Part shown: positions 1-10,918 of the stretch, in pieces
Numbering within the stretch: position 1 is the stretch's first letter
How the letters are laid out: each line of letters starts with the position of its first letter
Assembly (NCBI GenBank): GCA_035479375.1
Contig: DATIIT010000009.1
Coordinates: forward strand, 5,073 to 69,072
DNA length: 64,000 bases
Direction: 5' to 3'
From: Candidatus Saccharimonadales bacterium
GTDB lineage: Bacteria; Patescibacteriota; Saccharimonadia; Saccharimonadales; UBA4665
Notes under the pieces: generated by a model
Database searches by the model: none
What the model saw: only the letters and a program-made list of their open reading frames with translations
What the model was told of the DNA's origin: nothing
Position numbers and translations under genes: made by a program

Positions 1-2
1 AC

Positions 3-1658
3 GGCGTTATGGCTACGGTAAACGAGCGGATCGACTTCGACACCGCCCAGATTATCGTGACCGAGCTTGGCTTGGATGTTGAGCTCACTAAGAAGGTTGA
101 AGAGGTGGTGGCGCCCACGCGCGAGAAGCGCGTTGCCGGCGACAACGCCGTGCCGCGCCCACCGGTGGTAGCGGTGATGGGGCACGTTGACCATGGCAAG
201 ACCAGCCTGCTGGACGCCATCCGCGGCGCACAGGTGGCTAAGGGCGAGGCGGGCGGCATTACGCAGCACATTTCGGCCTACCAAATTTTGCATAACAAGC
301 GGGCGATTACCTTTTTGGATACCCCTGGCCACGAGGCCTTTGCCGCTATCCGCGAGCATGGCGCGCACCTGACGGACATCGCCATTATTGTGGTGGCGGC
401 CGACGACGGCATTAAGCCGCAGACGCTCGAAGCCATCCGTTTTGCCCGCAAGGCCGGGGCGCGCATCATTGTAGCCATCAACAAAATCGATAAAGACGGC
501 GCCGATTCCAACCGCGTCAAGCAGCAGCTCTCTGAGCACAATTTGCTGGTAGAAGAGTGGGGCGGTGATACTGTGGCCGTGGAAGTGTCCGCCAAAACAA
601 AAGCGGGCATCGACAACTTGCTGGACATGGTACTGCTGGTTGCCGATGTGGAAGACTTCCGCGCCGAAGTTGCTGGGCCGGCCGTGGGGCTGGTTATTGA
701 GTCACATGTGCAGCAGGGGCGTGGCCCGATCGCCAATGCGCTCATCGAAGAAGGCACGCTGAATGTCGGTGACTTTGTTGTTGCTGGTACAACGTACGCT
801 AAAGTCCGCAACTTGGACTCCACCGATGGCAAACCCCTGAAGGAGGCTGGCCCCTCAACGCCGGTAGCAATCAGCGGCTTCAAGGCGCTCCCAGAATTTG
901 GCGATGAATTTACTGTTGTAAAAGACGAGAAGACAGCCCGCGCCCAGGCCGAGCAACTGGCCACCCAAAAGCAGGCCGGTGGCAGCAGCGACATGAGCAG
1001 CAGTGAGCTGATCCGCATGATCAACCGCAACAACAAGGTCAGCGAGCTGAACATTGTGGTGCGCGCCGACGTGCAGGGCTCACTCACCTCCGTTATCGAC
1101 AGCCTGAAGGCGCTCGATACCGATGAGGTCGCTGTGCGTGTGGTGAGCTCCGGCGTCGGCGCCATCAGCGAGAACGACATCCATACCGCCGGCTCCAGCA
1201 ACGCCATAATTTACGGTTTTAACGTCACAGCGCCTACTAATGTGAAGCGTCTAGCTTCGCGCGATAAGGTTACGGTGCGTTTGTACAACGTCATCTACGA
1301 ACTCATAGATGACGTTAAAGAAGGTTTGAGCAAATTGCTTGCGCCCGAAATTGTAGAAACCGACCTTGGCCGCCTGGTGGTCCGCGCCATTTTCAAGACA
1401 ACTAAAACAGAGGTCATCTGCGGTGGTGAAGTCACCAAAGGCAAGCTGGCAATCCCGGCTTTGGCGCGGGTTGTGCGCGACAACGAGCAGCTTGCCGAAG
1501 TAGAAGTCACCAACCTGAAGCGCGGCCCGCAAGACGCCAAAGAAGTCCAAGAGGGTGAAATGTGCGGCGTCAGCATCAAGACCACGGCGCGGCTGGAGCT
1601 CCAAGAGGGTGACCGCCTGGAATTCTTCACCCGGGCAACGGTCTCGCGCTCGCTTTAG
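3..1658 (+). CDS. infB: Translation initiation factor IF-2 (5'-truncated by window edge)
   Basis: G-domain motifs [20 protein letters not shown]; reading frame is open from the window start ([15 protein letters not shown]). Confidence 0.97.
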   Translation, partial: GVMATVNERIDFDTAQIIVTELGLDVELTKKVEEVVAPTREKRVAGDNAVPRPPVVAVMGHVDHGKTSLLDAIRGAQVAKGEAGGITQHISAYQILHNKRAITFLDTPGHEAFAAIREHGAHLTDIAIIVVAADDGIKPQTLEAIRFARKAGARIIVAINKIDKDGADSNRVKQQLSEHNLLVEEWGGDTVAVEVSAKTKAGIDNLLDMVLLVADVEDFRAEVAGPAVGLVIESHVQQGRGPIANALIEEGTLNVGDFVVAGTTYAKVRNLDSTDGKPLKEAGPSTPVAISGFKALPEFGDEFTVVKDEKTARAQAEQLATQKQAGGSSDMSSSELIRMINRNNKVSELNIVVRADVQGSLTSVIDSLKALDTDEVAVRVVSSGVGAISENDIHTAGSSNAIIYGFNVTAPTNVKRLASRDKVTVRLYNVIYELIDDVKEGLSKLLAPEIVETDLGRLVVRAIFKTTKTEVICGGEVTKGKLAIPALARVVRDNEQLAEVEVTNLKRGPQDAKEVQEGEMCGVSIKTTARLELQEGDRLEFFTRATVSRSL

Positions 1659-1715
1659 CAAACGGGCTGGCACTTTTTGCCAGGAGTGTTAGAATGGAAA
1701 AAGAGAGGAACAACC

Positions 1716-2189
1716 ATGATTAAACTCGACGATGATCTACTGCAAGAACTTGGCCTCGCGGCACTTCCGCCGGAAGAGAAAAAGAAGCTGCTGGCCCACA
1801 TCTACGAGACGCTAGAGATGCGTGTTGGCATGAAGCTGGCCGAACGGATGTCTGACGCCCAGTTGACGGAATTTGAGCAGTTTATTGACCGCAACGACGA
1901 AGCCGGCGCACTGCAGTGGCTGGAGGCAAACTTCCCGAATTATAAAGATGTTGTCGCCTCAGAATTTGACGCGCTAAAAAAAGAGATTGGCCAGGTAGCG
2001 CCGCAGATCCTAATGGCGGGGCAAGCGCAAGCCCAGGACGACGCCCAGCAGCAGGCTGGCGCCGCCGCACAAGTGCAGCCGGGGCAGCCGCAGCCTAGTA
2101 ACGTCACACCGCTTTGGAATGGTGACGCCCCCCGTGCCGCAGGCGCGCCAGACCCTTGGCAGCAGCAAGAGCCGCCGCGCGCAGCGTAA
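1716..2189 (+). CDS. DUF5663-like conserved Saccharibacteria protein with Q/A/P-rich tail
   Basis: MIKLDDDLLQELGL...HIYETLEMRVGMKL...LSDAQLTEFE-type pattern recognised from memory; GAGAGG RBS before ATG 1716 (track start 1677 is upstream). Confidence 0.65.
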   Translation: MIKLDDDLLQELGLAALPPEEKKKLLAHIYETLEMRVGMKLAERMSDAQLTEFEQFIDRNDEAGALQWLEANFPNYKDVVASEFDALKKEIGQVAPQILMAGQAQAQDDAQQQAGAAAQVQPGQPQPSNVTPLWNGDAPRAAGAPDPWQQQEPPRAA

Positions 2190-2194
2190 GGCGC

Positions 2195-3115
2195 TTACAA
2201 AATTTGCGATTTGTATCCGGACAGGAACGCCTGTCCGGACATTTCTTTTTTACCGGCAGGCGTAAGCCGGTCGATGACGAGCGCTTGCCGGCCACAACGG
2301 ATAACCAGTTCCTTGCCCACGATTTCGGCGGTACCCGGCGCAGCGGCGTTGCCGGTGCTAGTGGTATGCACCGCAGTGATGATAACCTCAATACTGCCCA
2401 GCCTTGCCCGGCTTTTGGGCCATTCACTATATGCCCGGATGTCGCGCTCGATTTGCTCCGCAGGCTTGTGCCAGTCGATGACCCCATCTTCTTTTGTGAG
2501 CTTGCGGGAGTAGGACGCCGTGCGCCCGGTAACTGATTGGTCGGAGAGTATGATGCTGCCGTTGCAATATGCCGGCAGGATTGTTTCAAGCAACTGGTAG
2601 CTGAGCTGGATCAGGTCTTTGGTTAACTCGGGCGTGGTGATGCCTGGCGGCAAGGCGTACTCGCCATATCCGAGCAAAGGCCCCTCGTCCATGGCCTCCA
2701 CGAGCAGCATTAGGCTGACGCCCGTGGTTTTTTGGCCGCTGAGGATGGAGAAGGTAATTGGGTCGGCGCCGCGCCACTCTGGCAGCAGAGAAAAGTGGCT
2801 ATTGACGATGCCCAGCGGAAAGTAATCGATAACCTGCTGCGACACTAGTATGCCAAAGTCGATGAGCACCGCGACGCGGCTGGCAAAGGGCTTGGCGCTA
2901 AAAAGCTCGTCGAGCTGCTTTTTATTCTCGGCGGTAGAGACCTTTAGGCTGAGCTCTTCGGCCACTTCCAGGACTGGTACTGGGCCGCGGTGGTGCGCTG
3001 GCCGCGGCTTAGTAACAACTGCCTCAATAGTGCAAAAACCCGCCAACAGCCGCAGGCTGGCCGCCGCCACCGGGCCGCTACCAAAGAATACTATTGTCTC
3101 GGACATCTGTTTCAT
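2195..3115 (-). CDS. fmt: Methionyl-tRNA formyltransferase
   Basis: IVFFGSG N-terminus, NSHFSLLPEWRGADPI, EAMDEGP; follows def. Start is ATG 3115 or 3106. Confidence 0.95.
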   Translation of the reverse strand: MKQMSETIVFFGSGPVAAASLRLLAGFCTIEAVVTKPRPAHHRGPVPVLEVAEELSLKVSTAENKKQLDELFSAKPFASRVAVLIDFGILVSQQVIDYFPLGIVNSHFSLLPEWRGADPITFSILSGQKTTGVSLMLLVEAMDEGPLLGYGEYALPPGITTPELTKDLIQLSYQLLETILPAYCNGSIILSDQSVTGRTASYSRKLTKEDGVIDWHKPAEQIERDIRAYSEWPKSRARLGSIEVIITAVHTTSTGNAAAPGTAEIVGKELVIRCGRQALVIDRLTPAGKKEMSGQAFLSGYKSQIL

Positions 3116-3650
3116 AGTCGAGCTTCTGTAATTGGCCGTCATCCTTGAGCTTGAAAAATGCTTCTGGCTTGCTTTTGATAAGGTCGATGAACACGATGCC
3201 ATTGGTGTGGTCAATTTCGTGCTGGAAAACGCGCGCCAAAAAGCCTTCGGCGGTAACGCGGATCTCTTGGCCCTGGCGGTTGAGCGCCCGGATGCGCACT
3301 TTTTCGTAGCGGGGGACTTTGCCGTAAATGTCTGGTACGCTCAAGCACCCTTCGTAATCTTCGGTGACGGCGCCTTCGTATTTCGTGATGACCGGGTTGA
3401 TGAAGACCGAGAAGCTTTTATCGGCTTTGTTGTCAAAATCATTACGGATTACGACAATTCTCAGAGGCCGGTCGACTTGTACTGCGGCCAGCGCCACGCC
3501 AACTTCGTGCTCGCGGCTCGCTTCCCAATCGAGGGTGGCGGCTTCCATGTCGGCGATCAGCGCCTCGGCCTCTGCCGTGACAATGCCCACTTTTTTAGAC
3601 CGTTCCCGCAAATGCGGGTTGGGCAGGGTAATTACGTCGTCCTTGGTCAT
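3078..3650 (-). CDS. def: Peptide deformylase
   Basis: GVALAAVQ, EGCLS and QHEIDH motifs; TATACT 7 nt before ATG 3650. Confidence 0.96.
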   Translation of the reverse strand: MTKDDVITLPNPHLRERSKKVGIVTAEAEALIADMEAATLDWEASREHEVGVALAAVQVDRPLRIVVIRNDFDNKADKSFSVFINPVITKYEGAVTEDYEGCLSVPDIYGKVPRYEKVRIRALNRQGQEIRVTAEGFLARVFQHEIDHTNGIVFIDLIKSKPEAFFKLKDDGQLQKLDYETDVRDNSILW

Positions 3651-3681
3651 TGCCAAAAGTATAGCGGAGTTTACGCAAGGT

Positions 3682-5613
3682 TTACAACAGGTTCATAGGA
3701 TCAATGTCGTAGGCCCAGCCGCTGGGCAGTTGGGCGACCACGTCGAGCAGCCGGGCACGGACTTTTGCCTTGACGATGACTTGCCAAACGAATTTATTCT
3801 GGACCTTCTCATGGAACGAGGGTGTGGGGCCTTCAACGGCGATGCCGCCCACGTTGCCGTGCAGCTGCCGTACAAAATTTTCGGCGGCGCGCTGCGCGCT
3901 GGCGCTGCTGGCCCGGGACACCGCGAGCTTTAGCGCGTAACAGTAGGGCGGGAATAAAAACTGCTTGCGCTCGGCAATTTCGCGGCTGTAAAACGCGTCC
4001 CAGTCTTTTTCGATGACCGCCCGTAGCAGGCTGCTGTCCGGCGCATAGGTTTGGATGACCGCCTCGCTGTCGCGGTGGCCGCGCCCGACGCGCCCGAGCA
4101 CTTGGCTAAGCAGCTGGTAGGTACGCTCTTGGGCGCTAAAGTCCGGGAAGTAGAGGCTGGTGTCGGCAATGATGACGCCCACCAGCCCCAGGCGCGGCAA
4201 GTCGAGCCCTTTTGCCAGCGTTTGCGTGCCTACAATAATGTCCACACCGCCCGCCCGGACCGCATCGTAATGCTGCTCGATGCGTTCATTTTTTTTGTTG
4301 TCGGTGTCAAAGCGCTGCACGCGGGCCTCTGGGAACAAACGTGCCGCTTCTTCGGCCACAGCTTTGGTGCCGATACTACGGAACACCACGCTGGCGTTAT
4401 GGCATTCGGGGCAGCTGATGGGGCTCGGCGCTTTGTATTCGCAGCTATGGCAGCGCATGAGGTGCTCGTCGCCGTGGTATACCAGCGGCAAGTCGCAGTG
4501 CGGGCACAGCGCCTGCCAGCCGCATTTTTCGCAGAAAACCACGCGGGCCGTGCCGCGCCGGTTTAGGAAGAGTAGGGTTTGCTCGCCGTTTTGCAGCCGG
4601 GACTTTATGGCCGCCAGCAACTGGCCGGAAAGGTAGGGGCTCCGGCTAAAATTGGCGCGGTCGCGCAGGTCGACAACGGTGACCACCTTTTGGGCGCCAA
4701 CCAGCCCAGCTGCGGTCTGGGACATGCGCACCACCGGCCGTTTTTTGGCAATGGCAACGGCATAGTCTGCCACCAGCGGCGTCGCCGAGCCCAGCACGAG
4801 CACGGCACGGTGCAAGCCCGCGAGCTTGGCGGCCACGATGTTGGTATGGTAGTGCGGCGCCTGGTCTTGCTTGTAGGCGGTTTCGTGGGACTCGTCTACA
4901 ACTACCAGCCCCAGGTTTTTGAGCGGGCTAAACAGGGCAGAGCGCGCGCCGATGACGACTATTGGCTCCTGCCGCTCTAGAATTTTTTGCCAGGCGCGCG
5001 CCCGCTGTGCATCGGTGAGGCCGGAGTGCGCCACAACCACACGCTGGCCAAACACCTGCCCAAAATCGCGCGCCAGCTGCGAGGTGAGCCCAATTTCTGG
5101 CGTGAGGATGATGGCCGACTTACCGCTTTGCAAGGCACGCTGCGCCAACTCAATGTAGACGCGCGTTTTGCCGGTGCCGGTCTCCCCGTGCAGGATGTGC
5201 AGCCCCGGCTCCCTGATAGCTTGTAAGGCCTGTTCCTGGTCTTGGGTAAACGGCGGCAGCGCCGGCGGGCTAAGCGGCGGCAGCGTGGCAAGGGCTTCCG
5301 GCTTTTTGGGCAAGGCTTTGGGCAGGAGCAGCTGGGTGATGATGCCGAGCGGCGCAGGGTAATAGCCCTGCATCCAGGCCAGCAGCGCCAGTAGCTGGGC
5401 GGGCAGCGCAGGCAGTGGCGGCACCTCGGCCACCGGCTTTGCCGCAAAACGGGCCGGCTTGGTGCCTGGGCCGGCCACCACGCCCAAAACGCGCTTGTTG
5501 CGGAGAGGCACCACAACAATCTGCCCGGCGGGCAAGGGCGTCTCCGCGCTATACGTCAGCGCCTCGCCACCGTGATATGTGGCGTCGCCAACCAGTACCT
5601 CCACGTAGTGCAT
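3682..5613 (-). CDS. priA: Primosomal protein N' (PriA helicase)
   Basis: GETGTGKT Walker A, DESHE, zinc-binding CEKC..CPHC..CHSC..CPEC, QVLGRVGR. Confidence 0.95.
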   Translation of the reverse strand: MHYVEVLVGDATYHGGEALTYSAETPLPAGQIVVVPLRNKRVLGVVAGPGTKPARFAAKPVAEVPPLPALPAQLLALLAWMQGYYPAPLGIITQLLLPKALPKKPEALATLPPLSPPALPPFTQDQEQALQAIREPGLHILHGETGTGKTRVYIELAQRALQSGKSAIILTPEIGLTSQLARDFGQVFGQRVVVAHSGLTDAQRARAWQKILERQEPIVVIGARSALFSPLKNLGLVVVDESHETAYKQDQAPHYHTNIVAAKLAGLHRAVLVLGSATPLVADYAVAIAKKRPVVRMSQTAAGLVGAQKVVTVVDLRDRANFSRSPYLSGQLLAAIKSRLQNGEQTLLFLNRRGTARVVFCEKCGWQALCPHCDLPLVYHGDEHLMRCHSCEYKAPSPISCPECHNASVVFRSIGTKAVAEEAARLFPEARVQRFDTDNKKNERIEQHYDAVRAGGVDIIVGTQTLAKGLDLPRLGLVGVIIADTSLYFPDFSAQERTYQLLSQVLGRVGRGHRDSEAVIQTYAPDSSLLRAVIEKDWDAFYSREIAERKQFLFPPYCYALKLAVSRASSASAQRAAENFVRQLHGNVGGIAVEGPTPSFHEKVQNKFVWQVIVKAKVRARLLDVVAQLPSGWAYDIDPMNLL

Positions 5614-5721
5614 AGTTGCATTATATGATTTTTGTACGGTAATTATGAAATTCGTGTTGTCAGCCCCGCGTCCAATGAGCTATACTTGAAGCTACGTTGT
5701 TTGAATGACAATAGAGAGCTT

Positions 5722-6012
5722 ATGTTAGACGTATTCATCACATCACGAGTCCGGCGCAAGATCATCGTTATCTATGCCAAATACCCCGATTTTAAGACCC
5801 ACGTCCGGGGGTTGGCCAAGCTTATTAAAGAAGACGCCGGCAACATCCAGCGTGAGCTCAAGCGCCTGGAAAAAGTGGGTTTCCTGGTATCCGAAAAGCA
5901 AGGGAACACCAAGATTTACCACACCAACAAGCAATTCGTCATTTTTAAGGAACTGCAGAGCATTGTGCTGAAGAGCCAGCGCGCCGCGCAAAAGAAACAA
6001 CAGGTTGTTTAA
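5722..6012 (+). CDS. Small winged-helix (ArsR-like) DNA-binding protein
   Basis: HVRGLAKLIKEDAGNIQRELKRLEKVGFLVSEKQGNTKIY fits helix-turn-helix plus wing; ATG 5722 after GAGAG. Confidence 0.7.
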   Translation: MLDVFITSRVRRKIIVIYAKYPDFKTHVRGLAKLIKEDAGNIQRELKRLEKVGFLVSEKQGNTKIYHTNKQFVIFKELQSIVLKSQRAAQKKQQVV

Positions 6013-6053
6013 CCCTTGCAAACCGGCCTCTGTTACGCTAGAATAGACCACAT

Positions 6054-6269
6054 ATGATCCAAGTAACCCGCAAAGACGCAAAAGAATCGCTGGAGAACCT
6101 TCTCCGCCGTTTTAACCGCAAGGTACAACAAGCTGGCGTTATCGCCGTTGTTAAGCAAAACCAGTTTTTCGAGAAGCCGATCAGCAAGCGTGAGCGCCGC
6201 AACAAGGCGATCATCCGTGCTGAGCGCAAGGCTCTCAAGCTGAAGAAAATTAAGTTCGGCCAACGCTAA
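6054..6269 (+). CDS. rpsU: 30S ribosomal protein S21
   Basis: ESLENLLRRFNRKVQQAG...FEKP; TTGCAA-17-TAGAAT promoter at 6016-6044. Confidence 0.9.
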   Translation: MIQVTRKDAKESLENLLRRFNRKVQQAGVIAVVKQNQFFEKPISKRERRNKAIIRAERKALKLKKIKFGQR

Positions 6270-6274
6270 CCAGC

Positions 6275-6724
6275 ATGCTGAAGGAACGCCTTGACCAGGA
6301 CCTGAAAGCAGCACTCCTGGGGGGTAATAAGGTGCTTGCAACCACGCTTCGTGGCCTTAAAAGTGTTATTTTGTATGCCGAAGTAGCCAAAGGTTTGCGC
6401 GACACCGGCCTGCCGGACGACGAAATTATTGCCCTGTTTGCCAAGGAGGCAAAAAAGCGCCAAGAAAGCGCCGACCTCTTCAAACAAGGCGGCAACGAAG
6501 AAAAAGCCGCGGCCGAGCTAGCCGAGAAAAAGGTGATTGAGGGCTATTTGCCCCAGCAGCTCACTGACGAAGAGTTGGGCGCGGCCATAGATGGCGTTAT
6601 TGCCGGGCTCGACGTCAGCGGCCCGCAGGCCATGGGGCAGGTTATTGGTGTGGTTAAGAAAACAGTGGGCAGCCAGGCAGATGGCTCGCGCATTGCCCAA
6701 ATGGTAAAGGAAAGGTTGAATTAA
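6275..6724 (+). CDS. GatB/YqeY domain protein
   Basis: LKERLDQDLKAAL...KKRQESADLFKQGG...YLPQQL...MGQVIG; typical position after rpsU. Confidence 0.9.
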   Translation: MLKERLDQDLKAALLGGNKVLATTLRGLKSVILYAEVAKGLRDTGLPDDEIIALFAKEAKKRQESADLFKQGGNEEKAAAELAEKKVIEGYLPQQLTDEELGAAIDGVIAGLDVSGPQAMGQVIGVVKKTVGSQADGSRIAQMVKERLN

Positions 6725-6727
6725 CAG

Positions 6728-7264
6728 ATGATCATTCTGATGGGCGTCGCTGGCGCCGGTAAAAGCATGCAAGGAAAAATTTTGGCCGACGAGCACGGCT
6801 ACGCCTGGATCTCCACCGGCGAAATTCTGCGCGTGTTGGTGACGGGCAAGCGCCGCCAGGAGATGCTTGAGGGCAAACTCCTGAGCGACGAAGAAGTCAT
6901 TAAGATGATGGACAAAGTCCTGGAACTCATCGACACCCAGCAAGAATTTGTGCTGGACGGCTTCCCGCGCACCGTGCCGCAGGCCGACTGGCTGCTGGAG
7001 CAAGTGCACAAAGGCCGCTTTGCCCTGACTGCCGTGGTGCATTTAACCGCCTCTGAAGAAGTGGTGCGTTCGCGCTTGCTCGGCCGCGGCCGCCAAGACG
7101 ACACCGACGAGGCCATTAGCAAACGCTTTAGCGAGTACCGCGATTCCACGCTGCCAATCATCGAGCACCTGGAACGCGAAGGCGCCAAAGTGTGCAACAT
7201 TGACGCGGCCCAAGAAGTGCGCGCCGTGCACGACGCCATTTTGCAGTGCGTTGACCGCAAATAA
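6728..7264 (+). CDS. adk: Adenylate kinase (short, no LID zinc domain)
   Basis: GVAGAGKSMQ P-loop, ISTGEILR, LDGFPRT, GRQDD. Confidence 0.9.
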   Translation: MIILMGVAGAGKSMQGKILADEHGYAWISTGEILRVLVTGKRRQEMLEGKLLSDEEVIKMMDKVLELIDTQQEFVLDGFPRTVPQADWLLEQVHKGRFALTAVVHLTASEEVVRSRLLGRGRQDDTDEAISKRFSEYRDSTLPIIEHLEREGAKVCNIDAAQEVRAVHDAILQCVDRK

Positions 7265-7284
7265 CCTCTATAATTACAACTGAC

Positions 7285-8049
7285 ATGATGAGCAGGGTCA
7301 AAACCGAATCCGAAATCGCCGCCTTGCGCGAGAGTGGCCACATGCTGGCCACGGTGTTGGAGCTGATGCGGCGCGAGGCCAAATCCGGCGTGTCCCCCAA
7401 AGACATGGCCATGCTGGCCAAAAAAGAGCTGGACCGCCTGGGTGGCGAGCCAACGTTTTTGGGTGTGCCCGGCTCGTTCACGCCATTCCCGGATATTATT
7501 TGCATCTCGGTGAACGACCAAGTGCAGCACAGCATCCCGGACGTGCGGCCGTTTGAGCCGGGTGACGTGGTTAACTTTGATTTTGGTGTGACATACCACG
7601 GCATGGTGACGGACGCCGGCATCACCGTGTGCATCGACGGCCAAACGACGCCGGACACGGCGCGCCTTTTAAAGGGCACAGAAAAAGCGCTGGCTGACGG
7701 CCTTGCGGTGGTGCGCGCCGGCTGCCACGTGGGCGATATTTCTGCCGCCATTGAACGTACCTTGCGCAAGTACCGCCTGGGAATTGTGCGCGAATTGGTA
7801 GGCCACGGCGTTGGCCATCACCTCCACGAAGACCCGGAAATCCCCAACTACGGCCGCGCCGGCACTGGCCCGGTGTTAAAAGCCGGCATGACCATTGCAG
7901 TAGAGCCAATCACCACTCTGGGCAGCCCTATGATCTATGAAGAGAAAGATGGCTGGACGCTGCGCACCCAAGACGGCAGTTATGCGGCGCAATTTGAACA
8001 CACCGTGCTGATCACCGCCACCGGCTGTGAGATCCTGACGCGCCTCTAG
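7285..8049 (+). CDS. map: Methionine aminopeptidase type I
   Basis: CISVND, DAGIT, GHGVG..LHEDP, AVEP, AQFEHT metal-ligand motifs. Confidence 0.96.
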   Translation: MMSRVKTESEIAALRESGHMLATVLELMRREAKSGVSPKDMAMLAKKELDRLGGEPTFLGVPGSFTPFPDIICISVNDQVQHSIPDVRPFEPGDVVNFDFGVTYHGMVTDAGITVCIDGQTTPDTARLLKGTEKALADGLAVVRAGCHVGDISAAIERTLRKYRLGIVRELVGHGVGHHLHEDPEIPNYGRAGTGPVLKAGMTIAVEPITTLGSPMIYEEKDGWTLRTQDGSYAAQFEHTVLITATGCEILTRL

Positions 8050-8101
8050 CCGTCTTCCGGGGCTTGCCCAAATCCAAACGCAAGCGGTATACTGCGTGCA
8101 T

Positions 8102-9334
8102 ATGCATGGCTCTTCGGCTCCAACGCCATACGTTGGCCTCGACATCGGCACCAGCACAGTCCGCTGTGTTATTGGGGTGGTTGACGCCGCCAACCCGTCG
8201 AAGTTGTCTATTGTTGGCCATGGTAGTGCGCCCAACCTTGGCATGCGCAAAGGTGTAGTGGTGCATGTGGACGACACGGCGGACGCTATTGCTAAAGCCA
8301 TAACTGAGGCAGAGCGTATTTCTGGCATCCGCGTTACGGGCGGGACGGTGAACATCAACGGCACGCATGTCAGCGGGCTGAACTCCAAGGGCGTTATTGC
8401 TATATCAGCGGCCAACCGTGAAATAACCCCGGAAGACCGGATGCGCGTCGAAGAGGCGGCAACTATTGTGCAGCTGCCCAGCAACCGCGAAATCATCCAG
8501 GTATTTGCCCAGAATTACCGCCTGGACGGCCAGGAAAATATCAAAGACCCGGTAGGTATGCACGGTGTGCGTTTGGAGGTGGACACGCATATTGTGACCG
8601 CGGCCACGCCTAACTTGCGTAATTTGGACATGGCCATGGACAAAGCCCAGGTATCGGCACACAACCACACCCTGTCTGGGTTGGCGGCGGCCGAAGCTGT
8701 GCTGCAGCGCCAGCAAAAAGAGGCTGGCACAGTGCTTTTGGACATTGGCGCCGGTACCACAAACCTGGTTGTTTTAGAGGATGGCGAAGTGCAGCACACG
8801 GCCGTGTTGCCCATGGGCGGCCAACACATCACCAACGACCTGGCCATTGGTTTGCGCACTGAGCTGGACATTGCCGAGGCAGTCAAAATCCAGCACGCCG
8901 GTTTGCTGCAGGCCAATAAGCGCGACATCCGCGTGAAGATGCATGGCAAGGAGCACATTTTTAAGGCTGAGGACATTGCTATGATCACCGAAGCCCGCGT
9001 GGAAGAATTATTTGAGTTCGTTGACAAAGAATTGGCCCGGGTACACAAGGCGCACAAATTGCCCGGCGGCGTAGTGCTGGTGGGCGGCACGGCTAAGTTG
9101 CCGGGAATTGCCGATTTTGCCAAGCAGCAATTGCAGCTCGCCGCCCGTGTAGGTAAATTGCAGCCGCTGAGCGGCTTGGTAGAAACGGTCGCCGACCCGC
9201 TGTACTCAACGGCCGTCGGGCTCATGCTCCTGGACATGCTGCTTTTGCCAGAGGAAGCGGCTGCGCATGGCAGTGGTATGGGCGGCCGAACACAACATTT
9301 TGTAGATAGTTTGTTGCGCCGGTTTAAGCGTTAA
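8102..9334 (+). CDS. ftsA: Cell division protein FtsA
   Basis: VGLDIGTSTV, LDIGAGTT, GGQHITNDLA, LVGGTAKL; directly upstream of ftsZ. Confidence 0.96.
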   Translation: MHGSSAPTPYVGLDIGTSTVRCVIGVVDAANPSKLSIVGHGSAPNLGMRKGVVVHVDDTADAIAKAITEAERISGIRVTGGTVNINGTHVSGLNSKGVIAISAANREITPEDRMRVEEAATIVQLPSNREIIQVFAQNYRLDGQENIKDPVGMHGVRLEVDTHIVTAATPNLRNLDMAMDKAQVSAHNHTLSGLAAAEAVLQRQQKEAGTVLLDIGAGTTNLVVLEDGEVQHTAVLPMGGQHITNDLAIGLRTELDIAEAVKIQHAGLLQANKRDIRVKMHGKEHIFKAEDIAMITEARVEELFEFVDKELARVHKAHKLPGGVVLVGGTAKLPGIADFAKQQLQLAARVGKLQPLSGLVETVADPLYSTAVGLMLLDMLLLPEEAAAHGSGMGGRTQHFVDSLLRRFKR

Positions 9335-9453
9335 AGCGCCGCGTACAGAAAGTGTCCACGGCCAAAATTCGCCAAAAATAAGCGGATACATTTATTGGAC
9401 GCGTCCAGCAGCGTGCGGTATACTGCAACTATAACGGTAAGAGAGGGTACGGA

Positions 9454-10806
9454 ATGCCTCAGGTTGCACCAGCTATAGAAACATTTGCGCGTATTAAGGT
9501 TGTAGGCGTCGGCGGAGCCGGCGGCGCGGCGGTGAACCGCATGATTGCAGCCGGCGTAGATGGCGTGGAGTTTATTGTGGTAAACACCGACGCGCAGGCG
9601 CTGCACCATTCCAATGCCCAGAAAAAAATCCACATCGGCAAGGAAGAGACCCGCGGTTTGGGCGCTGGCGCCGACCCGTCGGTGGGCGAAAAGGCCGCAC
9701 TCGAATCGATAGACGAAATTAAGCAAGCCCTGGAAGGCGCCGACATGGTCTTTGTTACCATTGGCGCCGGCGGCGGCACCGGTTCTGGTGCCGGGCACGT
9801 CGTGGCCCGCGCCGCAAAAGAAATGGGCATTTTGGTGGTGGGCTTTGCCACCAAACCGTTCGCGTTTGAGGGCGAAAAGCGCCGCAAGAACGCCGAGCTA
9901 GCCATCAATAACTTGCGCAGCAGCGTGGATACGCTCATCGTTATCCCTAACGACCGCCTGTTGCAGACAATCGACCGCCAAACGCCGCTCATGGAGGCCT
10001 TTAAAGTGGCCGACGACGTTTTGCGCCAAGGCGTACAGGGCATTTCCGACCTTATTACCGTGCACGGGCTGATTAACCTCGACTTTGCCGACGTGAAGGC
10101 CGTGATGAGCAACGCCGGCTCGGCGCTCATGGGCATTGGCCGTGCCAGTGGCGAAAACCGCGCCGTGATGGCCGCCCAACAAGCCATCGAGTCGCCGCTG
10201 CTGGAAGTTTCCATCGACGGCGCCCGCGGCATCATCCTGAATATTATTGGTGGCAACGATTTGTCGATGCACGAAATCAACACCGCCGCCGAGACGATCA
10301 CTGCCGCAGCCGACCCCGACGCCAACATTATCTTTGGCGCGGCGATCAGCCCAGAAATTGACGGCGAGGTCATTATTACGGTGGTGGCAACCGGTTTTGA
10401 CGCCTCGTATTTCTCACAGCAGCAGGCCGGCACCCCCACGTTGGGCGGCGCCCCGGCCGCGGTGCCAATCTCTGACCCAGACGAGCCCCAGCTGCCGCCG
10501 CTGCAGAAAACACGGGCAGACGAAGAGCTTTCTAAGATTGACATGGACCTGGACAAAGACGAGGATGAGGCCGCGGCCGACTTTAAGTCCGACCACATGC
10601 CCAACATTTGGACACTAGACGACCACGCCGCTGGCAGCGACGACGAAGATGACCTCCCCAAGCCTCCGGCTCCCATGGAAGACAGCCACGCCGCACCAAA
10701 GCCGGCGGCCAGTGACGCCGAGCTGGAAAAGCCGTCATTTTTGCGGCGCTTGGCCAAGCGCGTCAACAAAGAGCACGACGACATTGACCCCAGTAAGTCC
10801 GCGTAA
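9454..10806 (+). CDS. ftsZ: Cell division protein FtsZ
   Basis: GGGTGSG tubulin signature, NLDFADV, acidic linker and C-terminal core peptide LEKPSFLRR. Confidence 0.98.
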   Translation: MPQVAPAIETFARIKVVGVGGAGGAAVNRMIAAGVDGVEFIVVNTDAQALHHSNAQKKIHIGKEETRGLGAGADPSVGEKAALESIDEIKQALEGADMVFVTIGAGGGTGSGAGHVVARAAKEMGILVVGFATKPFAFEGEKRRKNAELAINNLRSSVDTLIVIPNDRLLQTIDRQTPLMEAFKVADDVLRQGVQGISDLITVHGLINLDFADVKAVMSNAGSALMGIGRASGENRAVMAAQQAIESPLLEVSIDGARGIILNIIGGNDLSMHEINTAAETITAAADPDANIIFGAAISPEIDGEVIITVVATGFDASYFSQQQAGTPTLGGAPAAVPISDPDEPQLPPLQKTRADEELSKIDMDLDKDEDEAAADFKSDHMPNIWTLDDHAAGSDDEDDLPKPPAPMEDSHAAPKPAASDAELEKPSFLRRLAKRVNKEHDDIDPSKSA

Positions 10807-10834
10807 ATAAATACAACGCATTTTGCTTGCACGA

Positions 10835-10883
10835 GCGCTATACATAGAGCTACTATAATAGTCACAAGCGCTATATGTAGCGA
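10835..10883 (+). promoter_or_regulatory. Tandem NrdR boxes flanking a TATAAT -10 element
   Basis: gcgCTATACATAGagc (10835-10850) and gcgCTATATGTAGcga (10868-10883) match the CwAtATaTwG core; starts are 33 bp apart; TATAAT at 10854-10859; directly upstream of nrdR-nrdJ. Confidence 0.8.
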
Positions 10884-10918
10884 GCACGTTGAAAGCAGTA
10901 AGAGAGGGAAGGAATGGC

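Noticed and set aside
2020-2189. C-terminal ...RAA of the DUF5663-like protein as an ssrA-like degron
   Set aside because: A two-residue match in a low-complexity Ala-rich tail is likely by chance.
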